A DNA stretch of 24,865 nucleotides from Frankiales bacterium (GTDB taxonomy: Bacteria; Actinomycetota; Actinomycetes; Mycobacteriales; SCTD01). The stretch covers positions 1-24,865 of the forward strand of contig JAWWOJ010000067.1 in NCBI GenBank assembly GCA_033851885.1, read 5' to 3'. Every line of letters starts with the position of its first letter. The stretch's first letter is position 1. Made by a program: the position numbers and the translations under genes. Below the pieces are notes generated by a model. The model did no database searches. It saw only the letters and a program-made list of their open reading frames with translations, and was not told the DNA's origin. Below, in pieces: positions 15,273 to 23,254 of the stretch.

Positions 15273-15991
15273 GCCACTCCTCCGAGATAGGCGGCCGCGA
15301 GCTCCGCTGCGATGTCCACGGGATCACCCACGGCCCGGATGACACCTGACGTCATGATCGCCGCGTGGTCGGCGACGGCAAGGGCTGTCTGGGCGAACTG
15401 CTCCACAAGCAGGATGGCGAGCCCGTCCGCGGCGAGCTGTGCGACGAGCTCGTAGAGCTCGGCGACGATGCGCGGCGCCAGCCCCATGCTGATCTCGTCG
15501 AGGAGCAGCAGGCCCGCATCGGCCACGACCGCGCGCGCCACCGCGAGCATTTGCTGTTCGCCGCCGGACATCGTGCCGGCGAGCTGCCGCCTGCGCTCCT
15601 TCAGTCGCGGGAACCGCGCGAACACCATGTCCTCGATCTCGGACAGGGACCGGCTGGTGCCGTGACTCCAGAGCTTCAGGTTGTCTCGGACGGTGAGGTT
15701 GGCGAAGACCCCACGCCCTTCCGGGATGCTGCACACGCCCCCGCGCACGAAAGCCTCCGGCGGAAGCCCGTTGACGTGTCGGCCGCCGACATGGACGCAG
15801 CCGGCTGTCGGCACCACGCGGCCACTGGCCACCGCCAGCGTCGTGGTCTTCCCGGCACCGTTCGGTCCGAGAAGGGCGACGACCGAGCCCGGCGGCACGA
15901 CCAGGTCCACGGTGTGCAGCACCTCGATCCGGCCGTAGCCCGCGCGGACGTCGATGAGCTCGAGGGCCGGGATGTCGGCGTCGGCGCTCAC
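15269..15991 (-). CDS. livF: ABC transporter ATP-binding protein, LivF/BraG-like
   Basis: VRAGYG, GPNGAGKT, PEGRGVFANLTV.DNL, AGTMSGGEQQMLA, LLLDEISMGLAP, LLVEQ. GTG start overlaps the permease stop (GTGA). Confidence 0.94.
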   Translation of the reverse strand: MSADADIPALELIDVRAGYGRIEVLHTVDLVVPPGSVVALLGPNGAGKTTTLAVASGRVVPTAGCVHVGGRHVNGLPPEAFVRGGVCSIPEGRGVFANLTVRDNLKLWSHGTSRSLSEIEDMVFARFPRLKERRRQLAGTMSGGEQQMLAVARAVVADAGLLLLDEISMGLAPRIVAELYELVAQLAADGLAILLVEQFAQTALAVADHAAIMTSGVIRAVGDPVDIAAELAAAYLGGVA

Positions 15992-17877
15992 AGGACACCG
16001 TCGCGCAGCGGCGAAGGACGGATGACCACGCTGGCAAGGGCACCACGGCCGGCCTGGCGGGCGGCGGCAAAGCGACGTGACGCCTCCCCCACGATGCCGT
16101 AGGGATTGCGCCCGATGCTGACGGCTCCGAGCCCGGTCAGCAGCAGCGAGGCCTGGCTGAGAAAGGACACGTGCTCGGCAATGATCGGGAACGCGCTGAA
16201 CAGGACGGCCCCGAGCAAGGCTCCGCTGACGGTGGACGCCCCTCCGATCGTCAAGATGAGCAGCAGGACGAGGCTGTTGAGCATCTGGAAGTCGTTCCCG
16301 CTCACGAGTCCTTCCTGCCCGCCCAGCAACACTCCACCCAGGCCGGACATCGCTGCGGCGCCGGCGAAGACGCCGAGCTTCGTCCGGTTGACGCCGACGC
16401 CGAGCGTGACGCACGCGGCGGGGCTGTCATTCAGCGCTGACATCCGCCGCCCGACTCGGGAACGCCGCAGACTCAGCAGCCCCACGGCGCCGGCCGCGAA
16501 CGCCAGCGTGAGCAGGATCAGGTAGCCGCGGTTGCTGTCGACACCTGGCACGGACAGCCGGGGCACGGTGATCGCACCTCCGGTGCCGAAGGCGTTCAGG
16601 AAGAAGATCGTGTCCATGCCCGACGCGAACGCGAGTGTCGCGAGCGCGAGGTACAGGCCGCGAAGGCGCAGGACCGGCACTGCCACAGCAACGCCCAGCA
16701 GCGCGCACACCGGTACGACGACCAGGATCCCGAAAGCCGATCCGCCGGGCGCGACCTTGGCCATGACGTAGGCGCCGACCCCGACGAACGTGAGCTGGCA
16801 CAGCGACACCTGGCCGGCATACCCGCTGAGGAGGACGAGCGACAGCAGTACGAAGCCGATGGCCAAGGTCGAGGACAGGAAGTCGACCAGGCCACCCGGT
16901 GCGAGGGCGGCGGCCAGCAGAGCCACGACGAGCAGGAGCGACGACCAGCGGACGGACTCGCCCAGGCCGACGGCCCGCGGACTCCAGCCCACGATGCGGC
17001 CACCGGCCCGCAGGCGCGTGTCGCGAAGGAAGACGACCGCCACGAACAGCAGGAACATCGGCAGCGCCGGCCGCAGCAGGTTCGGCAGGTCTCCGCCGAG
17101 ATAGCCCGTCGAGTAGGACTCGGCCAGCCCCAGGGCAAGCCCGCCGACGGCAGTCAAGGGAAGGCTGCGCAGCCGGCCGACGACGGCCGCGGCGTAGCCG
17201 TTGATGACCAGGAGCGTCAGCGTCAGGATGCTCAGCGTCACCAAGGGCGCGAGCAGGATGCCGGCCAGGGCGGCCAGGCTGGAGCCGAGCGCCCACGACA
17301 GCTGGCTGGCGCGTGCCGGCGAGGTCCCGGTGAGTGCGACCAGTCCTGGGTCATCGACAACTGCGCGCATCGTGGCACCGGTCCGGGTGCGCGCGAGGAA
17401 GACCCGCAGTGCGACCGCGACCAGTAGCGACACGAGCACCACGATCGCCTGGTGGGCGCTGACGTTGACCCCCGGCAGATGGATCAGGCTGTTGGGGAAG
17501 AACGGCTTGAGCACCCTGGGGGTCACCGGGCTCCAGATCAGGTTCGCTACCCCGATCAGTGCGAGCAGCAGCCCGACCGTCACGACGAGCGTGACGCTCA
17601 ACGACGCTCCGTAGAGCCGCCGGATGAGCACCCGCTCCACGACAGCGCCGAGCAACGGCGCCACCACCAGCAGGACGAGTGCCAGAGCGGCAAGGGGCGG
17701 GACGTGCCACGCCACGGTCAGCTGCCAGTAGGTGAAGGCCCCCAGCATGCCGAGCGCTCCGTGGGCGAAGTTGAAGATGCCTGACGTGGCGTAGGTGACC
17801 ACCAGGCCGGACGCCGTGATGGAGTACACGCAGCCGTAGACGATGCCGGCGACGCTCAGGGCGAAGAAAGTTCCGAT
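15988..17877 (-). CDS. Fused LivH-LivM branched-chain-amino-acid-type ABC permease (about 629 aa)
   Basis: N-half: GIVYG..YSITASGLVVTY..SGIFNFAHG, RTGATMRAVVDD. C-half: GYAGQVSLCQ..F.G.GAY, LRLRGLYLALATLAF, S..GRR..AL.D. The conserved hydrophobic N-terminus extends upstream of the track's GTG (17829) to an ATC at 17877 placed 5 nt after AGGAG. Confidence 0.92.
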   Translation of the reverse strand: MGTFFALSVAGIVYGCVYSITASGLVVTYATSGIFNFAHGALGMLGAFTYWQLTVAWHVPPLAALALVLLVVAPLLGAVVERVLIRRLYGASLSVTLVVTVGLLLALIGVANLIWSPVTPRVLKPFFPNSLIHLPGVNVSAHQAIVVLVSLLVAVALRVFLARTRTGATMRAVVDDPGLVALTGTSPARASQLSWALGSSLAALAGILLAPLVTLSILTLTLLVINGYAAAVVGRLRSLPLTAVGGLALGLAESYSTGYLGGDLPNLLRPALPMFLLFVAVVFLRDTRLRAGGRIVGWSPRAVGLGESVRWSSLLLVVALLAAALAPGGLVDFLSSTLAIGFVLLSLVLLSGYAGQVSLCQLTFVGVGAYVMAKVAPGGSAFGILVVVPVCALLGVAVAVPVLRLRGLYLALATLAFASGMDTIFFLNAFGTGGAITVPRLSVPGVDSNRGYLILLTLAFAAGAVGLLSLRRSRVGRRMSALNDSPAACVTLGVGVNRTKLGVFAGAAAMSGLGGVLLGGQEGLVSGNDFQMLNSLVLLLILTIGGASTVSGALLGAVLFSAFPIIAEHVSFLSQASLLLTGLGAVSIGRNPYGIVGEASRRFAAARQAGRGALASVVIRPSPLRDGVL

Positions 17878-17930
17878 GATGGCTCCTGGTCAGGATCTGG
17901 GCATGGCCGTCCGACACGACTGGTCGGCTG

Positions 17931-19376
17931 CTAGCCCGTGCGGAAGAACGTGCCGTCGCATCGATAGCTGCTGGCAGGACTGTCGACGCGCACGAAGGCG
18001 CCGTTGACGACCTTGGTGAGCACGTAGCAGGTCGCGGCCTGCTTCTTAGCCGGTCCGCCCGGCGCAAGGATGTTGTCCGAGAACGTGGGGATGCCACCCA
18101 GGGCCGCCAGCAACGCCGGCCTGGTCAGCTTGGCGCCGGCCTTGCGTGCCGCCTGGACGAACAGCTCAGCCTGCGCCCACCCGTAGACGGAGAACAGGTC
18201 GAGCGCCACGCCGGGCGCGGCCGTGCCCATCCACTTCTGGTAGAGGGCGACCTCCGGGATGCGCGCCGCGTCGTCCTTGTTGAAGTAGAGGGCACTTGGC
18301 GTGTCGGTGTAGAGACCCTCGACCGAGGAGCCGCCCTGGCTCAGCGTCCCCTGGTCGTAGCCCTGCCCCGGTGTGGTGATCACTGGCTTGAAGCCTTGCT
18401 GGGCCGCGGCGGCCATGAAGTTCGCGATGATCGGTGGATTCGCGAGGATCTCGACGAACTTCACGTTCTTCTGCTTCATCTGGATGACGTCGGAGGTGAA
18501 GTTGCTGTCCGTCGCGGCCACCGCCCGCTCGTACACCACCTTGTAACCCAGATGCTGCATGGTCGCCTTGGCGTTGTCGTAGGCCGACTTGGCGCTGGGG
18601 CTGTTGACGTAGAGGGCGCCCGTCGTCTGGTAGGCGTTACCGAACTTCGCCTTGTAGTACTCGAAGGCGCCGGTCCTGAAGCCCGGCGTCACCGGCTGCA
18701 CGGGGAACGTGTTCTTCAGCGCCGTGTGGTCGGGATTGATCGCCATCGAGACGTCTGCGACGCCAGGCGAGGCCTTGATGGCCTGCGCTCCGCAGTAGTC
18801 GTAGATGGAAAAGCTGCCGACGAGGGCGAAGTCCTTCTTGATGGCGTCCTGCGTGACCTTCTCGTTGGTGGTGCAGCTGAAGGCGTCGTCCTTGCCGTCC
18901 ACCTTCAGGGTGCGCCCGTACAGCCCCCCTTGGCTGTTGACGTACGCGAAGTACGCCTTGGTGCCGGCGATCGCGCCCTGAAAGAGTCCGGGGACGGGTC
19001 CCGAGAGTGTCGCGACGGTCCCCACTGTGACGGAGGTCGCCGTGACCCCGAGCGCGGTCGCGCCTCCGTTGCCACCGGGCCCCTTCGGGGTTCCGACCAG
19101 TGGTCCGGTGCTGCCCGTGGTGCCGCCCGACCCGCCCGACCCGGGGAGGTTGCCCCCCGTCGCACCACCCCCCGCACCGGTGGTGCCGGTCGTGCCGCCG
19201 TCCCCGGGACCAGCGGTCGCGCTCGGTCCCGCGCCACTGCCGACCTGGTTACCGGCTCCGCCGCCGAGCGCGGCTCGCGCGGCTTGCTCGTGCAGCGCCG
19301 AGTCCGTCATCGTCCCGCAGCCTGCCAGCGCCATCGCGACCCCGACCGCCGCGGCGAGGCTAGTGCGAACCCTCAT
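17931..19376 (-). CDS. ABC transporter substrate-binding lipoprotein (LivK/periplasmic binding protein type 1 fold) with a long Gly/Thr-rich tether
   Basis: Lipobox LAG-C after MRVRTSLAAAVGVAMA; GVTATSVTVG...SGPVPG, AYFAYVNSQGGLYGR.L..D..DD, FTSDVIQMK, YGWAQAELFVQA. Start ATG 19376 (alternative 19385). Confidence 0.93.
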   Translation of the reverse strand: MRVRTSLAAAVGVAMALAGCGTMTDSALHEQAARAALGGGAGNQVGSGAGPSATAGPGDGGTTGTTGAGGGATGGNLPGSGGSGGTTGSTGPLVGTPKGPGGNGGATALGVTATSVTVGTVATLSGPVPGLFQGAIAGTKAYFAYVNSQGGLYGRTLKVDGKDDAFSCTTNEKVTQDAIKKDFALVGSFSIYDYCGAQAIKASPGVADVSMAINPDHTALKNTFPVQPVTPGFRTGAFEYYKAKFGNAYQTTGALYVNSPSAKSAYDNAKATMQHLGYKVVYERAVAATDSNFTSDVIQMKQKNVKFVEILANPPIIANFMAAAAQQGFKPVITTPGQGYDQGTLSQGGSSVEGLYTDTPSALYFNKDDAARIPEVALYQKWMGTAAPGVALDLFSVYGWAQAELFVQAARKAGAKLTRPALLAALGGIPTFSDNILAPGGPAKKQAATCYVLTKVVNGAFVRVDSPASSYRCDGTFFRTG

Positions 19377-19446
19377 CGACGCCATCACCTTCGGTAGAGA
19401 CTCTGGGTTTCTGCCACCGTCCGGGCCTGTCACAGGTAACAGAGCG

Positions 19447-19466
19447 GCAACTTGTATACAAAATGC
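19447..19466. promoter_or_regulatory. Perfect spaced palindrome, putative GntR/FadR-type operator
   Basis: GCA-ACT-TGTATACA-AAA-TGC, containing the 10-bp palindrome TTGTATACAA (19452-19461). It abuts the -10 box of the SBP promoter. Confidence 0.75.
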
Positions 19467-19495
19467 ACCTTACGCACGCCATCCGGTTGTGACAA
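19467..19495 (-). promoter_or_regulatory. Putative sigma70/SigA promoter of the ABC operon
   Basis: On the minus strand: TTGTCA (19495-19490), 17 nt, TAAGGT (19472-19467; TANNNT). Confidence 0.65.
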
Positions 19496-19618
19496 GGCAG
19501 GTAGGCCGCCTCGGCCTGGTCGGGACCGGGCGAAGCGGGGACCCGCGGACGTCCCTCCCAGGATGGCCAACGGCCCGGACCTGGCGGTGATCGTCACGCC
19601 CTCAGGGCGCGTCGGACG

Positions 19619-22525
19619 CTAGCTGTCCTGTGCGTGCACAACCAGGCTCGGAGCGCGGTCGTCGGGCCACGCAGCGAGGCGCGGCGGCGGCACCTGCAGG
19701 GCGGGTGCCGGCCCTCGGGCGAGCAGGCCGGCGACCTCGTGCGCGGACAGCGGTGGGGAGCACAGGTACCCCTGGCCTGTGTCGCACCCGAGATGGCGCA
19801 ACCACTGCAGCTCTGCCTGCGTCTCGATGCCCTCGGCCACGGTGCGCAGACCCAAGGACCGTCCGAGTTCGACGAAGGTGCTGAGGAGTTGGCGCGTGGC
19901 CGCTGAGTGGGTTCCGCCAGCGACGAAGCCACGAGCAATCTTGAGGATGTCGACGGGGAAGTCTCGGAGATAGGCCAGTGACGAGTAGCCGGTACCGAAG
20001 TCGTCTATCGCAATGCCGACGCCGAGCTGCTTGAGCTGGGTGAGCACGTCGCGGGTGGCGTGGATGTCGCGCATGAGGGCCGTCTCGGTGATCTCGAGCA
20101 CGAGCGCGTCGCCCGGGATCCCGCTGTCGCGCAATGCCGCTCGGACGTCGTCCACGAACTCGATGCACTCGAGCTGCCGGGCCGACGCGTTCACCGACAT
20201 CGTCAGCTGATGTCCCGCATCGCGGAGCGCTGCCGCCTCGCGACATGCCTCGTGAAGGACCCAGCGACCGACGTCCACGATCATCCCGCTCTCTTCGAGC
20301 AGCGGGACGAACGTCGTCGGCGAGACCTGGCCGAGCTCATCGCGGTCCCAGCGCAACAGCGCCTCGACCCCCACGACCGCCTTCGTGGTGAGATCGACCA
20401 TCGGCTGGTAGACGATCGAAAGCTCGCCATGCCCCGAGAGATGCCCAGAGACATGCCCAGAGACATGCCCCGCGAGATGCCCCGCGACGCCCGCGAGTTC
20501 CGCGCGCAGGACCACCGAGGCTCCGATCTCGCTCGTGAACACGCGGTAGCAGTTCTTGCCACTGGCCTTCGCCTGGTGCAGCGCCATGTCGGCGTCGTGC
20601 AGCAGATCCTCGGCGCAGGCGCGGTCCCCGATCGCGATGCCGATGCTGGCGCCGACGGCGATCGGCCGGTCGCAGCCCGGCAGCATGAGCGGTTCGCGGA
20701 TGCCTCGGAGGAGTCGGTCGGCGAGGTCTTTGACATCGGTGTCCATCGACCCGCACTCGACCAGGACGATGAATTCGTCGCCGCCGAGCCGACCGACGGT
20801 GTCCTGGTCGCGCACGAGGCTCTGCAGGCGCTCGGCGACCGCCTGCAGCAGCCCGTCGCCGATGTCGTGGCCCAGGGTGTCGTTGACCTCCTTGAAGCCG
20901 TCCAGGTCGAGAAAGAGCGCTGCCACGGTTCCGTCACCGCTTCGGGCGTCGGCCAGCATCTGCTCGGCCCGTTCCATGAGCAGCGTCCGATTCGGGATGT
21001 GGGTCAGCGGATCATGCAGAGCCTGATGGCGGATCTGATCCATCAGCTGGCTGTTGCGGAGTGCGACAGCAGCTTGTCCCGCAAGACCCGCGAAGCGGTC
21101 TGTCAGCTTCTCGTCATTGAGGATGCGCGCCTTGTCATGGCGCACCGACGCGATGAGCATGCCGTACGTCTCGCCGTCGATCTCCAGCGGAGCGGCGGCG
21201 ATCGCCTGCCAGCCGAAGGTCTCCATCAGCGCTCGTCCCTGGGGCGACATGTCCTCCGGAGTCCGCCGGTCCAGCTGAAGCAGCTGGAGCAGCTCATTGC
21301 CCGCGAACTCCTGACGGTCCAGCTCGTCGGCGAGCTCAGGCGAGCAGCCGTAATGGGCGGCCACCCGCGCCACACCATCGGAGATGAGCAGCACCGCGGC
21401 ACCGTCGCAGTCGATCACGTCGGGCACGGCGCGCGTCAGTTTCGCCGCCAGCTCCGCCGAGGAGGTCAGGTCGGCCAGGGATCTGGACAGCCGCAGCAGC
21501 GCCTCGGCCGCCTGCGCCTGTCGTCGGGCCTGTTCCAGCGCGAACGCGGAGTCCAGGGCCGTCGCAGCGAGCCGTGCGTAGGCCTCCAGTGAGGTTCGCT
21601 CGTGGAAGGAGGACGAGGGCGGCACGACGGCCAGCAGTCGTCCGTACCGCTGCCGCGCCGAGGCCACCTCGACGCAGAGGTAGCTGTCAGCATCTGCCAG
21701 CACCCGCTCGGCCTCCTCGACGCTGATCCCGTCGGCGAAGATCCCGGTCCCCCGGGGGAGCGCGTCGACCGACAGCACGAAGCCAGGCGCGGTCGTCGCT
21801 CGGGCGGCGCTTTGCACGATCCGCGTCAGAACGGCGCCCAGGTCGTCGGCCGAGACGATGTCGTTGACCGTCTGCTGGAACCCCTCCAGGCGGCTCTCCG
21901 CGATCTCCATCCGCATGCGCATGAGGTCCCGCTGCACCGCCAGGTCGGCCGTCTCATCCCACCGCAGCTCGGTCACGCAGTCCTCGTCGCCGCGCAACTG
22001 GCAGTGCACCTCCCGCACGTCGAGTACCCGCAGACCGAAGAGTCGGACCGTGCGCGGCACGAGTCCGATGAAGAAGGCACAGAGCTCGGGGAACGGCTCG
22101 TGGTCGGCCAGGACGCGCCGGTGGAAGCGGACGTGCGTCGGTGCCAACACCTCCACCGACATGGCGAGCAAGGGATAGAGGCTGGGCGCCGCGTCAGTGG
22201 TCGTGAGCGCCACGGCGAGCGGGGAGCCGAGCGCCTGCATCATGCGGGCAAGCTCGGGAGACGGGTTGGAACCAAGGCTCGGCAGCCCGGCCATGACCTC
22301 CAGACCGCCGTGCGACGCGAGGAGTCGGGCTGCCGTCTCCAGGAGGCGACGGAACTGCCCGTACGAACTCCACGTCGTGTCGTCGAGCAGCAACTCGATC
22401 GGCCGGTCCTCCTGCGCCCCCGAGAGCAGCGCGGCCACCCCGTCCGCGCCGAGCACCGCGCGGACATGGTCGAGCACCAGGCGGGTGTTCAGCCCTGAGA
22501 AGTCCCGCGATGCACCGTGTGGCAT
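19619..22525 (-). CDS. Diguanylate cyclase/phosphodiesterase: N-terminal V4R-like sensor region, two GAF-like domains, GGDEF, EAL
   Basis: HDPLTHIPNR, LFLDLDGFKEVND.LGH..GD.LL, RDQD I-site then RLGGDEF, VEALLRW, LEITE, DDFGTGYSS, AEGIE, QGY. N-terminal EVHCQLRGDEDC resembles the V4R motif. Start ATG 22525 preferred; the track start is GTG 22618. Confidence 0.95.
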   Translation of the reverse strand: MPHGASRDFSGLNTRLVLDHVRAVLGADGVAALLSGAQEDRPIELLLDDTTWSSYGQFRRLLETAARLLASHGGLEVMAGLPSLGSNPSPELARMMQALGSPLAVALTTTDAAPSLYPLLAMSVEVLAPTHVRFHRRVLADHEPFPELCAFFIGLVPRTVRLFGLRVLDVREVHCQLRGDEDCVTELRWDETADLAVQRDLMRMRMEIAESRLEGFQQTVNDIVSADDLGAVLTRIVQSAARATTAPGFVLSVDALPRGTGIFADGISVEEAERVLADADSYLCVEVASARQRYGRLLAVVPPSSSFHERTSLEAYARLAATALDSAFALEQARRQAQAAEALLRLSRSLADLTSSAELAAKLTRAVPDVIDCDGAAVLLISDGVARVAAHYGCSPELADELDRQEFAGNELLQLLQLDRRTPEDMSPQGRALMETFGWQAIAAAPLEIDGETYGMLIASVRHDKARILNDEKLTDRFAGLAGQAAVALRNSQLMDQIRHQALHDPLTHIPNRTLLMERAEQMLADARSGDGTVAALFLDLDGFKEVNDTLGHDIGDGLLQAVAERLQSLVRDQDTVGRLGGDEFIVLVECGSMDTDVKDLADRLLRGIREPLMLPGCDRPIAVGASIGIAIGDRACAEDLLHDADMALHQAKASGKNCYRVFTSEIGASVVLRAELAGVAGHLAGHVSGHVSGHLSGHGELSIVYQPMVDLTTKAVVGVEALLRWDRDELGQVSPTTFVPLLEESGMIVDVGRWVLHEACREAAALRDAGHQLTMSVNASARQLECIEFVDDVRAALRDSGIPGDALVLEITETALMRDIHATRDVLTQLKQLGVGIAIDDFGTGYSSLAYLRDFPVDILKIARGFVAGGTHSAATRQLLSTFVELGRSLGLRTVAEGIETQAELQWLRHLGCDTGQGYLCSPPLSAHEVAGLLARGPAPALQVPPPRLAAWPDDRAPSLVVHAQDS
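20429..20488. repeat. In-frame 12-bp tandem repeat, 5 imperfect units, encoding (V/L)(A/S)GH x5
   Basis: Plus strand: ATGCCCCGAGAG ATGCCCAGAGAC ATGCCCAGAGAC ATGCCCCGCGAG ATGCCCCGCGAC, plus a partial unit GCCCGCGAG. Confidence 0.95.
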
Positions 22526-22610
22526 ATGGCCTGGATCGGCCTGTTCGCGTCGCGGCTGAATGGCGATCGCAACAATCCCCACAATGAGCGACGCGTCGCG
22601 CACGACATAA

Positions 22611-22865
22611 CTACTCACCGACTAGCCCATGCCATCCCAACGGGGGCCGGAGCCAGCCTTCGCCGCGCCCCGTCCCCCCAACGCGCGTCATCAGGTACCA
22701 GACCGATGGCGCCAGGCTGAGTGCCGCGACGGCTGGCCGGCGCCCGCGCGCAGCGCCGACGGCGGCGGCCAGACCGGCAACGGCGAGCGGGCGGGCGGCC
22801 TGCAGCACGAGCAAGGGCGGGTACGGCGAGCGACGCAGCGGTTGCGGCACTGCGACGGAACTCAC
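22611..22865 (-). CDS. Possible small hydrophobic protein (84 aa)
   Basis: GTG start; mostly G/C-ending codons in the first two thirds; Ala/Leu/Val-rich segments. No clear SD. Confidence 0.4.
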   Translation of the reverse strand: MSSVAVPQPLRRSPYPPLLVLQAARPLAVAGLAAAVGAARGRRPAVAALSLAPSVWYLMTRVGGTGRGEGWLRPPLGWHGLVGE

Positions 22866-22934
22866 GGTGCCCGATACACAGATCAGGCCGTCCCTCGGGG
22901 TCCGGCACGTGCGCGCCTTTCGGGCGCGCCGCGT

Positions 22935-23201
22935 TCAGTCGCCTCGAGGACGTCCGCCGGCGAGAAGCAGCGCCCGCACCCAGCCGCGGCGAGGCGGCAG
23001 GGTGACGACAGGCGCTCCACAGCTGACACACGGCAGGTCCTGCAGCATGAGGTCGGGGCGGACCTCCGCCTCGTTCGATGCCGACCAGTCGCACAGGCAG
23101 CCGGTGGGCACGCCCAGCACCGCCGTCGCAGTGCACAGCGTGCAGGCGCGCAAGGGTCCTTTGCGGCGCGTCGCACCCTGGGTGCAGGGCGTTGTGACCA
23201 C
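22935..23201 (-). CDS. Small Cys-rich putative zinc-binding protein (88 aa)
   Basis: GAAGGGG SD 5 nt before GTG 23201; strongly G/C-ending codons; CTLC, CLC and CVSC motifs. Confidence 0.7.
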   Translation of the reverse strand: MVTTPCTQGATRRKGPLRACTLCTATAVLGVPTGCLCDWSASNEAEVRPDLMLQDLPCVSCGAPVVTLPPRRGWVRALLLAGGRPRGD

Positions 23202-23254
23202 GTCATCCCCTTCGACGAAGCATGCGCGTGGGGCACTCCCCCGACCGCACCTAG

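Noticed and set aside
17911-17927. CCGAC-N7-GTCGG hairpin after the SBP stop as a terminator or stabiliser
   Set aside because: A 5-bp stem is too weak to call without expression data.
19500-19600. Several short inverted repeats (AGGCC/GGCCT, GGGAC/GTCCC) as a riboswitch or ncRNA
   Set aside because: 5-bp stems only, no recognisable aptamer consensus, and they lie upstream of the predicted SBP promoter; at most a terminator of the DGC/PDE gene.
20429-20488. Tandem repeat as a CRISPR-like array
   Set aside because: 12-bp head-to-tail units with no spacers, in-frame inside a gene, and no cas genes.
18396-21592. Plus-strand ORFs 18396-19397 and 20060-21592
   Set aside because: Antisense to the SBP and DGC/PDE; the apparent MPRD repeats are just the VNTR read on the other strand.
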